Shown here: positions 1-12,690 of the stretch, one piece after another
Layout: every line of letters starts with the position of its first letter
How positions within the stretch are numbered: position 1 is the first letter of the stretch
Assembly (NCBI RefSeq): GCF_006345805.1
Contig: NC_043008.1
Coordinates: 47,368,001-47,432,000, forward strand
Length of the DNA: 64,000 nucleotides
Source of the DNA: Octopus sinensis
Lineage: Eukaryota
Reading direction: 5' to 3'
Translations under genes and position numbers: made by a program
The notes under the pieces: generated by a model
Database searches by the model: none
Told to the model about the DNA's origin: nothing
The model's input: the letters and a program-made list of their open reading frames with translations, nothing else

Positions 1-203
<203 letters not shown>

Positions 204-1251
204 GTGTGTGTGTGTGTGTGTGAGTGTGTGTGTGAGTGTGTGTGTGTGTACATACATACATACATCATACACACACACACACACTATCGAAATATAATTT
301 CAAAATAATTTATCACCTGTTTGCTTTGATTATATTTTTTTCCATGAAGTTTGTAAAAAATTTCATGATGCATATATTTATATCTCACAATTTTTTTTTC
401 TCGTGTCTAAATAAACTGATGAGAATGGAATACATATTTATATTTATAAAAGAATATTGACATTTTTCAGTGAGGATAGCATTTGTGATGAAGTATTATT
501 TATCTGGCTTACTCGGTTTAATCGATTTTTAAGTTGAAGTGTAAAGTATTCGAACGTTTTGACAGGCGCCAAGAACACAGTTGACACTCCGCCCCCGCCC
601 TAAACCTCTGCTCTTTTTTATTCCACTTGCCAACCTAGAAGGAAACGATATTCTATGTTGTATGACTACTTCTACTACTACTGCTGCTGCTGCTATTTCT
701 AACACTACTAATACTGCTGCTAATACTATAGCTAGTAGTAGTAGTAGCAGTTGTATGAATGTCAGACACGTGATTTCCTCGCTTACTTCACTTTTTCTTG
801 GGCATCATCTGTGCAGTTAACTGCAGTACTGCAGCTTCTTTTGTTATGGAGGAGATTTTGTGATTAAAATGTGTCAAGTCTTTCTTTGAAATAACACATC
901 CACCCTCATTATACTTATATGTGTGTATGTGTTTATATCTGTCTATCTGCATGTATATACGTATGTATGTATGCATGTGTGCCTGTATGTTTGCGTGTAT
1001 GCATGTATTTATTATGTATGAATGTATTTTCATGAGTGTTATAGTTTTCATGTCACAGCTGTACTTGAGCCGTGGAAAACTTTAGAGATTCAATAAAGGC
1101 GAGAAAAGAAAACTCCCAAGAGATGAATTCATCGCTAAATTAAAAATTTTGTTAAGAATTCAATAAAAATGTTGTAAAGAAAATTATATTTAAGACAGTT
1201 TACATCGCGAAATAAATTACTAATCTACGGATATGTAATAATATCTTGAAA

Positions 1252-1500
1252 TATTAGGTTGTCAAGGAAGTTCTTGCGGTTTTTAACCTTTAAATTCAGA
1301 TGCACATATCTCGGCTCAAACAAAACTTTATTAATCGAAATAAACACCATCAGAATCAACACACTTTGCCAACGCAAAACAAGTTTATGTTGTGCGACGT
1401 GTGGCCGAGCGTTGTTGTGAAGAAGAATTGGTCCTTTTCTATTGACCAATGCTGGCTGTTGTTGTCGAAGTTTCTTATGCATTTAATTCGGTGAATTAAA
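1252..1500 (-). mobile_element. Internally deleted mariner remnant with one TIR
   Basis: LVNRKGPILLHNNARPHVAQ (degenerate third catalytic D motif) joined to the C-terminal KLVLRWQ(K)CVDSDGVYFD*. TIR-like end tattaggttgtcaaggaag at 1252. Confidence 0.85.
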
Positions 1501-4500
1501 AAGTCAATGCACAGGGTATTGACATAAATTCATTTCATTTGGCAAATAAATGAGATTATAATAACACATTTTTACAATATTTCTCGGCTGCGGAAGCATG
1601 AAGGGCAAAGTCGATCACACCAAGACCTAAACTCTAAACTCCGCAAAAATATCGCAAATATCTCTAGAACCGTTCTGCCATTTGGGTGCCGCACATGCAT
1701 TCTTTTCGTACAAGCAAAATATTTCCATAGAAATTATTTTAACATATAGTTTCTTTGACATACAAAAAAGTTGAAGACTTATTGATACAATATTATTAAT
1801 TTGGAAGGAAAGAATTTGAATCAATACGCGATTACTTCCAACTATCTGGTTTATGGATGTTATATTATGTCTTGTCTCAATCACAGGTTATATTTTTATT
1901 TTTCTTCTGTTCCATGAAAACAATTCGTTCTGATTCCTGGGAACGAATAAAAAAATTATTGGAAGAAAAGTGTGGAAATGTGAATCAGATATGTTTAGTG
2001 TATTGTATTAACGAACTGTAGCTTTTTGGGCTATCACCGCATTTAATTTTCAGTGGAATGATTTTGGTTTCAGTTTCGAATATAGTAAGAGCTAAATATT
2101 TTGTTTAATACTTTCCTTTATTCTTTCTCCATCATCTGGAGAAGGATTTTTCGACATTGTGACTTGGTTCTCTTAGAATCAATTTATACTATAACACTTT
2201 AATGTTGTTCTTTTCATTCATAAGAACCACAACTTCAACAGTGCCCCACCAGTAAATTCTATCAAATTTAATTCTAGTGAAATAACAGAGATTTGAATTG
2301 AAACTTTTGCCAGGAATTTCTTTAAGTTAATTGGAAAAAATAATTAGCCCCTATTTAAGAAATTATATCGAATAATTATGCCTACAAAATTTCTGCTTAA
2401 ACTATTGCATTGCTCTTTTGTAATGTTCCTCGGTTTTCTTTGGTTTCCTAAAAGCAATTTAATTAATTCCAATTCAATATTTCTGAGCGAAAAAGGGTGC
2501 ATCATCTGATGTAATATAACTCAGCTTCAAATATTACCTTAGGTAAATATTTATTCCAATATGAAGTCTTTAACTGACAATATCATAATGCTGCCTCTAA
2601 TGAGACATGAAACTTGATATTGGTTTGTTTTCATATATGATAGCGACTGTCCAAAAGAATAATAATTAAACCTTAGCCAGCCAACATAACTGCCCACTTT
2701 CGATTTACATTGGTAAAGCTTTTCAAAATTTTTTACTGTCTTAGAAAATTACTAATTGGCCGACATATGCCTTTCAAACTAAAACTTTTTGAATTTGTTG
2801 TAAATTGATGTCAAACCGGATGTTTTTCTTCCATCTCACTTTTCTTCTAAGTTCATAGATTTGTAAGATATTACAGCCAAGAATCAATACAAATTAACAA
2901 CAATCTGGCTTAGAAATATTTCTTGTTCCAAATTTTTTTAATGTTTCGCAGTACAAACAAAATGCCTTTCACAAATTTCGCTTCTTTTGTATTACTAGTA
3001 AGAATTGTGAAAGTGTAGAAGAAAAATTGAAATATTTTTGTCTATTTCTGTTTCCTATGATATTGATCAATTCCATGTTTTTTGCAAAAAGAGAACAAAC
3101 CAGCGCTTTTCAAATATCTGTTCACTCAGATATTTAACCAGCGAAGTAAATGCCAATCGCCAGCAGGTTCTAACAGGACACTGTGAGAAGCTCTACGATT
3201 CAGTATTCTACACTTGTATAATGTAAATAAATAACCACTGGCGTTGCCCAGGATTTCAGCTGTCGTCTTCAGAATGTCATACATAAATGGTTCTGGCAAT
3301 GTATGTCAATCAAACACTGAATTATTTATCAATTGCAATTCGACCAAAATTATGAAAATTGTAGTTGTTTCTTCTAAATTCTACTGTCAGGTACTATGAA
3401 ATAGTAACTACTTCGGATACGTGCGTAGCCTTGACCAGCCATAGACACTCTAATGATTCAGTTATTTGATCCACTAAGTCACCTGCTTCTGAACAATGTA
3501 CAAGTGAATGGGTATTTCACATACTCGTCTACCCTTAATAAAATTCTCAACCAGCATCAGCGTAAAACCGCGTGTGACACGGCTGAACGTTGGAGTTACA
3601 GGTGCAGAGTGTTCGACAAAGCATAGGATGATCTGAGGTTATAAAAAAATGATACTTGCACAAGATAGCACTCATTAGGATCGAAACCAGAATCTCAGAG
3701 TCGCAAGATGAACTTTTTAAACATCATCAAAATACATCCCTTGTAAATTCATTGACTGTAAGCTTAAATCTAGATTATAGAGCATCCAAATCAACGGCGA
3801 TTGATGTTGCTGATGTTTCACACTTGTTTTGCAACCAAATTCACGGTGTCCAAAATTAAAACAAATGCAGGTGAATATTTACTTTTATTTTCAAAATCTA
3901 TCAGGCATTTTAATCACATGATCAAAGCAAATGTAAGGACACGTGATATCCAGGTTGTCCCTATGTGTCTCTGTCGGTATTTTATGTTTCTTTACATTTA
4001 TTACCACAAATAGACCAAAACTATATTACATAATTTCAAATAATTGCGAATAATTTTAAGCGAATGTCTTTCATCAAGATTTTATATATCTGAAGAAAAC
4101 AATTTTTACGATATGCGTTGAAGAATTTATATTAACATACAGTTATTTCAGATTCCGTTCTTTGGAAAATCTATATGAAATATAATTTTATTGAAATATT
4201 GTAGACTATATTTAAATTCTCGAAAATATTTTCATTAAATTTAAATCCATTTTTAATTAATAACAAATTAAATTGCTTTCACCTTAGGAATTTATATCAG
4301 ATATTTTAGCTTAAGTAATTTGTGGTTAAATTATTGCCTCGCTGCTTTTCAATGCTTCCCACAATAATTTTAATTCCTAACAGCAATTCAATTAATTATT
4401 AATATGATATTTCTAGGCAAAAAAATAATTGAAAAGTTTATTTTCTGGTTCTACTTAATTATACTTTTGAACTCTAAGACACAACAACGTTTTATTTCTG

Positions 4501-5000
4501 ATGAAAATAAAATATTGCCATAGGTTCGAGTTGATTGAATTTTTATGTGAAACTGAAGCCATCAAAATTAGGATCTGGTGATACTACATTTTATAGAGTG
4601 AAGCCAAGTGATCGACACACGTTACGTATATATATGTGTGCGTGCGTGTATGTGTGTGTGTGTATGTGTGGTGTGTGTCTGTATGTGCATATATGAGCGT
4701 GAATGTATGTATATATATATATATATAGTGTTATAAGCCTCCAACACAATTTAATGCCGAGGAGTTTCTGCGTATTCCCACCAGGTTTGTCGATTCGATG
4801 TTTCGCTTTCGGTCTCTCTCGGTAGTGATCTTCTCTTTCTCTTTGTTTTGTACCTAGCTAAAGAGGCCTCAGGCATTAACTTCTACTTTGGATTCTCTTT
4901 TTCACTGCTTGACGTATTTAGCAAGCTTTCAGGCAGCAACAAATCATAATGACCCACTAACGTTACCTAATCTTCGTTTCTTCTTTAATTATTTGCAACT

Positions 5001-5039
<39 letters not shown>

Positions 5040-5320
5040 TTGCGTCTCCGTCGGTGACGGGCGACGAGTGCTCCAGTTGATTCGATCAACGGAACAGCTG
5101 GCAAAGGAAATTAACGTGCAAGTGGCTGAGCACTCCACAGATACGTTTTACGTTTATGTAGTTCTCTGGAAAATTCAGAATGTGACAAAGCTGGCCTCTC
5201 TGAAATACGGGTACCGCTCATTTTTGAGAAGAGGTGAAATAAAGTGTCCTGCTGAAAGAACAGAATGGGCTGCCGGGAAGAGAGATCACGACCCAACGAT
5301 CGTTAGCTGCATACGATAAC
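5040..5320 (+). mobile_element. SINE family C (internal and 3' part)
   Basis: Core gatcaacggaacag...gaaattaacgtgcaagtggctgagcactccacag, which I recall as an octopus interspersed repeat. A more decayed, collinear copy lies at about 3425-3640. Confidence 0.65.
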
Positions 5321-5884
5321 CAATAAACCACGTGCCTTCACCAATAATGTTATTATCCTACAAAAACTATATTAGCTGAGTGGACTGACCCCTACTGCTA
5401 TATTCTTATCAAGCTTCATAGGCTCATAGGCATAGAACTATATCGACTCCAGTTCTGCAGTAAATGTTTAGATTTCAGTATCAAGTCAATGCAAAAAACT
5501 CAGTTACGTCCAAAGAGTCGAGCAGACTGCGCTCTATTGTGAGACTATTTGTCTTTAGAGGAGACGATTTTTTAATGCGTGGTCGACTTTACTGACCGAA
5601 CAATTTCTGTTGTCGTCTGCATCTCCATCTCCGCAACCAAATTGTCTCCCCTTCACACATTCCATCCGATCTTCAAAATACTTGAATTTTACTCTCCTAC
5701 CGCAGCTTCCTGTTCTTAATTTCCAGGCGAACTTCCCATCTCTCTCTCTCTCTCTCTATCTCTCTTTCTCACTTACTGTCTTTCATGGTCGCTCTCTTTA
5801 GCCCTCACACATTCACTCTCTATCTATCTATCTCTATCTCTCTCTTTCTCTATCTCTCTATCTTTACCTCCGTTCCTCACTCTC

Positions 5885-5943
5885 GATAGATAGGTAGGTA
5901 GGTAGATAGATAGATAGATAGATAGATAGATTGATAGATAGAC

Positions 5944-6021
<78 letters not shown>
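5885..6021. repeat. (GATA)n microsatellite
   Basis: Direct reading. Confidence 0.98.
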
Positions 6022-6022
<1 letters not shown>

Positions 6023-6675
6023 AGCCCTTCACACCTTACTCTTTTTAACTGCCTTTTATTGAACGAAATTTATTCAACGAATGCAATTTTATTAAGCAAG
6101 TGTTTTTAATATCATTCTGGACGTATTCTTACTTTGTCTACCACTTCTCAACTCTTTGATCTCACTTCTATTTGGATTGAACGCAAGCTTCTTTCATCTA
6201 TATTCCTCTTAAATCTTTTCTCCTTCATCTCCTGCTCATGCCTGAGCTTTCAGTCCATATAATCTCATTTTCGGCCTCTTTTTACATCTATCACCGCCAC
6301 TAAGTTATATTAGAAATTTACTAAGAGAGAGATTGATGAAGCTGTCTCCATTATCCTCATTTTCTGTCCTGAATTAAGTTTGGAAACGTAACAATATTGA
6401 CCGAAACAGCTGTTAAACTTCTTGAAACTTTCGCTAGCTCTACTCGCATCTAATGGTTTCTGATATGATCTGCTACTGTTTTCTATTGATTCCGGATGTT
6501 TCTCCGTGTATCGTTTTGTCTTCACTTGGAGACGTTTATTTTTATTTTCATTTAACAATTTAGCACTGCCAGACATTAATGTTTTGACAGCTTTTAAAAT
6601 TATTTGAATCCATCGACAAACGGATCTTATCAATTCCAAAACGTATGTCATCCGTATGCTATTATATTTAACTCA

Positions 6676-7076
6676 GAAAAGGCGGCGAGCTGGCAGAAAC
6701 GTTAGCGCGCCGGGCGAAATGCGTAGCGTTATGTCGTCTACCGTTACGTTCTGAGTTCAAAATTCCGCCGAGGTCGACTTTGCCTTTCATCCTTTCGGGG
6801 TCGATTAAATAAGTACCAGTTACCCACTTGGGTCGATGTAATCGACTTAATCCGTTTGTCTGTCCTTGTTTGTCCTGTCTGTGTTTAGCCCCTTATGGGC
6901 AATAAAGAAGTAGGTATTTCGTCTGTCTTTACGTTATGAGTTCAAATCCAACCGAGATCGACTTGGCCTTTCATCCTTTCGGGGTCGATAAATTAAGTAC
7001 CGGTTGCGTACTGGTGTCGATCTAATCGACTGGCCTCTCCCATAAAATTTCTGGCGTTGTGCCTAGGGTAGAAAAG
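6676..7076 (+). mobile_element. SINE family B, dimeric copy with 15-bp TSD
   Basis: Head ggcggcgagctggcagaaacgttagc; the core unit occurs twice with the junction at 6912/6913. TSD attatatttaactca at 6661-6675 and 7077-7091. Confidence 0.92.
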
Positions 7077-8097
7077 ATTATATTTAACTCAAATTTCAGT
7101 CTACTCCAATTCTTTTGTAGCTTCAATCATGACGTCTGCTCCCTAAAACTCGTTACACTTCTACACGATCGATACTTACCTTATCTCTTCTGACATTACT
7201 TCTATTTTGCCAAACTATGCTCAGAAAGTGTTGCTCTATTGTTTATCCCAGGAAATATCAGTCTACCAGAGTTATTATTTTTCTTCAGAGAATGCGTCTT
7301 AAGCATCTCCACAATGAACATTGAACACTTTGATCTCACTAGTATAGTAAGAAGCTGAGAATATTATCGATACAGTGTTTCTTTTCCTGAGTTGCTAACA
7401 AAACAAATACTTGTCCAAAATATGTGAGGTTTATTGCACTCTTACTTCTACTGCCAAACGAATAGTAATGTCATGTACATCGGATTTTAAAGGTAGTTTA
7501 TATGAGTCTAATATAATTATTTTCCATATCATCCTTATTTTCCATAGTTATAGCTCGATTATATTTTATAGTCTCAGTAAAGAATTTGCGATATCGTATA
7601 AAAATGGTTGCGTTGATGCCACTGCTTTCTCTCCGTTTACTTGAAAGTACACCAAGGTGTGCCGTGAATTCTATTAGTGCTGTTGTCAATCAGATTATCT
7701 ATATAGGTCATGCAAGTATAATTACATTTTCCGCTATACACAGAGGAGACTGAAATATTTTTCACGGTGAGGAAAGCTCTAGAAGCATTACTAATCATTG
7801 TAACATCGCACACAATGAACGCAGTTTTTTCCCTCATTATTTATGCATGTTCCGATCTGGAATATATTTCAATTATTCTAAATCCAATTATTCTCAAAAT
7901 TTCAGTGCAAGAGTGTACACAGAGATTATGCATGTATATATGTGTGTATGTATGAATGTGTGCGCGCGCTTGTGTCTATGTGTGTGTGTGTGTGTGCTCG
8001 AGTGTGCGTATATATAAATATATATATATATATATATACATATATATAAATAGATATAGTTATATAGATATAGATATATACATACACACACACACAC

Positions 8098-8128
<31 letters not shown>

Positions 8129-8189
8129 TACATATATATAAATAGATATAGTTATATAGATATAGATATATACATACACACACACACAC

Positions 8190-8220
<31 letters not shown>

Positions 8221-10084
8221 TACATATATATATGTATGTATAAAGTAAGGGCTAATTGCCAACATAATATGGCTGCTCTGGAAGGGAGGTTGTTACTGTT
8301 CTTTAGCCCCAAGAAACATCGTTTCTAGCTGGTGATGCGACACACTCTCTGTGTCCTATTTTCGAACAAGACATTCACCATCTGCCCAAACAACATCTGT
8401 GGACGACTTTCAAGGTTATTGCCCTTTATCAACACAGAGTAGCTGATTGCCCTTTATCAACAAAGATCGCTGGCACCTGCCAGTTCAGTCAATAGATTAC
8501 TTTAAATGCCAAAATCCTTTTATATGCTTCATTTTCTGGACGTATTATTTTCTGTTTCTGTATAATCTAGCTTCAATTGCCAGGATATTTTGTCAGATAA
8601 GTTGCCCTTGGTATTGTTGAGTTATTTTCTACATGCACAAGGAGTAAAACACTTTCGTCCAACATTCTACCATTTCTCTCTCTTACTTCACACTTACGAT
8701 TAATAATGTAACAGAGTCGAAAGTATTAACTCACAATTGCTGGTAATTATTGGCAGTTGAGATTGATATTCATATTTTATATGAGCTGCTTCAAAGCATT
8801 TTATCTATGTCTATATAAAGAGAAATTACCACCCACATTGACGCTAATCACCCACTGTCATTAATCAGACAATTAGTTAATAACATTAGTAGGCGCGTTT
8901 CAAACTATCCGTTGATAATCTATTTTCGGAAAAGGTACCCCATTCTACAAAAGCGCATTAGAAAAGTCCATCTGTAAGAGTTGTATAACTTATATTGAAC
9001 CAAATGTAGACAAACCAAGAATTTATGCTGGATTCTCTTACTAAACAGTCATGTGTGCGGTGTATATATTCATGACATCATATGACTCGCGGAGGTAAAA
9101 ACGAGTGTTCCCACGTAAAATGATTCAGCAATTACTTAATTCATAGCGAATGCAGGTACTTGCAAAATCCCAAGCATAACGCAAGGAAGACAACAGTTAA
9201 GATTCCCTTATGAGTTACCGCCCGTGTTCTGTATATTTATTTCGAAATCCCGTACGATCCGTGTAACATCGTGAATTCTCAGCCAAAATGGAGACGAGTA
9301 CAAACGTTCCCATATGGTACGCTCGAAAATTGAAAAGAGATCAATGTTTAGCTGAAGTGATCATATTTATGACCTTTGGTACATGGTATACACAGGGTGA
9401 ATGCTTGCATCCGGAAAGTTCCTCTTCCAGTTGTCATCTAGTCAAGGTATCTGGAAGACGAACATCAGTTGCCAATGTGAGGAAGTCTGTCCACCGCAGA
9501 TCATCAATGATTTCCAACGGAGACAGGAAGCCGAAGTAGTGATGCAATTTGGCACAGCTGTTGCCGCGCGCGTAAACTTTAGAACGAAAACAACTGAACA
9601 GACACCTCAAGTTATCACCTCGACGCTGTTACACTCGATTGAATCCACGTTCCTACACACACACATATTCATGATTGTTATTTTGGGAAGTTATATATAA
9701 AGGCAATTTGACATTAAACTGAAAGATCACCCAATACCTAGTGTAGGCGAAGGCATACTTATTAATTTTCACAAGGAAATAGTAGCTTAGAAGTTTCATT
9801 AGACATTGGTTTACTTTAGTTCTTCATGACATCGTTTGTTTTAATTGAATCTGTATTAGTTGGAGTAATTGTGCGGGAGAGGTAAGTACGGTACAGGCAA
9901 GCAAGGGTAGTGATTGTGTTTATACAAGTAAAGTATGTGAGGGCAGAAAAAAACTATAGTAGATAGACTCGTTGGTTTAATAGAGGAAATTTGTTATCGT
10001 TTTAGGGTTCAATCATGCGTTTAAGTAAAAGAACAAACAGGCGTATTATATTCCGTGTGCAGACAATTCGCCGACAGACAATTC

Positions 10085-10235
10085 CCACGTGGCCTCAGAC
10101 TCAACACGTAAGCCTACATCAAGTGCCTGGGGGAGGTTGCGCAGCCATGGGTCAAGAGGGTGGCTGCTGGAACACCCTATGTCTGGAAACAGGACTCTGC
10201 ATCGTACCACACAATCATCCTGCCTGTAAGTTGTC
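10085..10235 (+). mobile_element. Tc1-like transposase fragment (pseudogenised)
   Basis: A frame absent from the ORF track reads FPRGLRLNT*AYIKCLGEVAQPWVKRVAAGTPYVWKQDSASYHT, matching the Tc1 QQDxAPxH motif region. Confidence 0.8.
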
Positions 10236-11149
10236 TGTCGGCCAATTGTCTCTCACCCATCTGTCTGTCTATTCCCATATTCAGCTCTCAATAAATGTCG
10301 GCTGGGGACAAATCAAGGTTTTTTTGTACATGAGGTTAGTATTGTCCAATTTTAGGGTTTACAAACGAACATCTATAAATAATACAGAACTTGGGGTTCT
10401 TATTTTAATATACCGAGTAAAACATTTCTTTAAAAAAATTGTGACTTAATTGAGAAGTTATTGGGTTTTCATATTTATCTATTTCTAGCGTGGCTAACGA
10501 TACATAGCAATTGATAAATCGATCTAACAATACATAAAGTCAAGAAAGCAAATGCTGCCCAACAAGTCTTCCATCAACTAACTGTTTGATATCTTCATTT
10601 TGAAATGTCTAACAGACACGTTCACATATTTGAGATTTGTTGTTTTTTTCATTTGATTTCCTTCTGTTGTTGAGATATATATGAGTAAGGGAGAAGGTAA
10701 ATGGGCGTTCAGAACTGTCAAAGACGCGGCTTCCAGTTGTTCCTTCAGTTCAAGTGTCAAATCGATGCATCTAAATAAATGGAGATACTGCAGACATAGG
10801 TTTCCAATTACACTGGCAACAGCTGCGGAAATCAGATGCTTCATTAGAAGATATATTAACCTGGGATCAAATATGGAGTGTATAAATTTCTGAAATAGAC
10901 TTTTTAAACTTTTGATCATTCCTGCGATTGTTTCCAGATAGGTTTACGTTCATAATCACACGTATCCAGGCACATCCGTTAATATCAACGTATGCTTATG
11001 TTAGAGATACCATCAGTGAATATAAGTTACCCATAATGCACATTACACAGTTCATCTATTAGTTGACTGTTAAGAATTTACTCTCACTGGATTGGCAGTG
11101 ACATGGCTCCGCTCCCAGTAAGTGAATCACAACATTACACACGCACACA

Positions 11150-11640
<491 letters not shown>

Positions 11641-12518
11641 TACATGCATGCATTCGTTCATTCATGTATACAGACAATCTTTGAGACAGATGCATTGAAT
11701 TAATAATGTTAACCAAGCAACCAATTTGTGTGCAATATCGCTAAACATTTCCGATACGAGAGTATCAATAAGTGTCTGCAGGATGAAAGACTAAAGATAG
11801 ACTCGCAAATAATAACGGGGTCTGTAATGATGTCTTTTTTTTACTCCGCCAGCAGAAATGGTTATTCTTTACGAAAAAATTTTTTCCCTTTAAATTTACG
11901 GAAGACAAAAATGATAGTGCGAATATCTATTCAATCAGTCACCAAGATAATTGCATTGTTCCGTATTTGATCAGTATTTCTCTGTACATATACAATATGG
12001 CATTATTTCTATTGTTTTCCAAGAAACCTTTGAAGAAATCTATACAAGACGAAATATCGCATCGTTTAAAACATATTCTGGAATCAAAGAAAAGTTTATC
12101 CTTTTTAATGCAGCAGTCTCAAAAAACCAAATTCAAGTGAATTATAGTGAAATGCACATCACGCATTTCATGTGTGAATTTATCAATCTTTATTATGTTA
12201 AATATTTATTTGTTATTCGTTTCCTTTTTCGCTGCGAATCTTTTATAAACTTACATTTTTGAAACATAAAAAATGTCTATGAATAGCATTTAACGCACTT
12301 TTGTTATTCTCTGTATTAGTTTTACAATATTCACAATTTTCCGATATCGATTTCTTTGACATACATATACAATTCTAAGGTGGAGGATTGGCCATTTCTA
12401 TGTTACGACTGCTAAACTATCGAATGATAACAGTTTTGTTTTATGTTCAAATACTGCAACTAATAGATAATAATCTCTTTAAAGGACTCCATGAGGCTCC
12501 CAATAAGAGATCAGTCGA

Positions 12519-12690
12519 AGGCGGCGAGCTGGCAGAAACGTTAGCACGCCGGGCGAAATAGTTTGTGGTATTTCGTCCGCTGCTGCGATCTGAGTTCAAA
12601 TTCCGCCGAGGTCGACTTTGCCTTTCATCCTTTCGGGGTTCGATAAAGTAAGTACCAGTCACACACTGGGATCGATATAATTGATTTAAT
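12519..12690 (+). mobile_element. SINE family B, 3'-interrupted by the Tx1 element
   Basis: Head and core match 6681; the sequence stops at ...gatttaat, where the LINE 3' end begins. Confidence 0.9.

Noticed and set aside
6080-6660. Charged, coiled-coil-like minus-strand frames
   Set aside because: Multiple stops and frameshifts with no identifiable family; probably decayed repeat.
9288-9700. Overlapping plus-strand ORFs, one with RRxS motifs, as a terminal exon
   Set aside because: Weak acceptor, no recognisable domain, and two competing frames.
10578-10919. 113-aa minus-strand ORF
   Set aside because: No recognisable homology or donor site; the length is compatible with chance.
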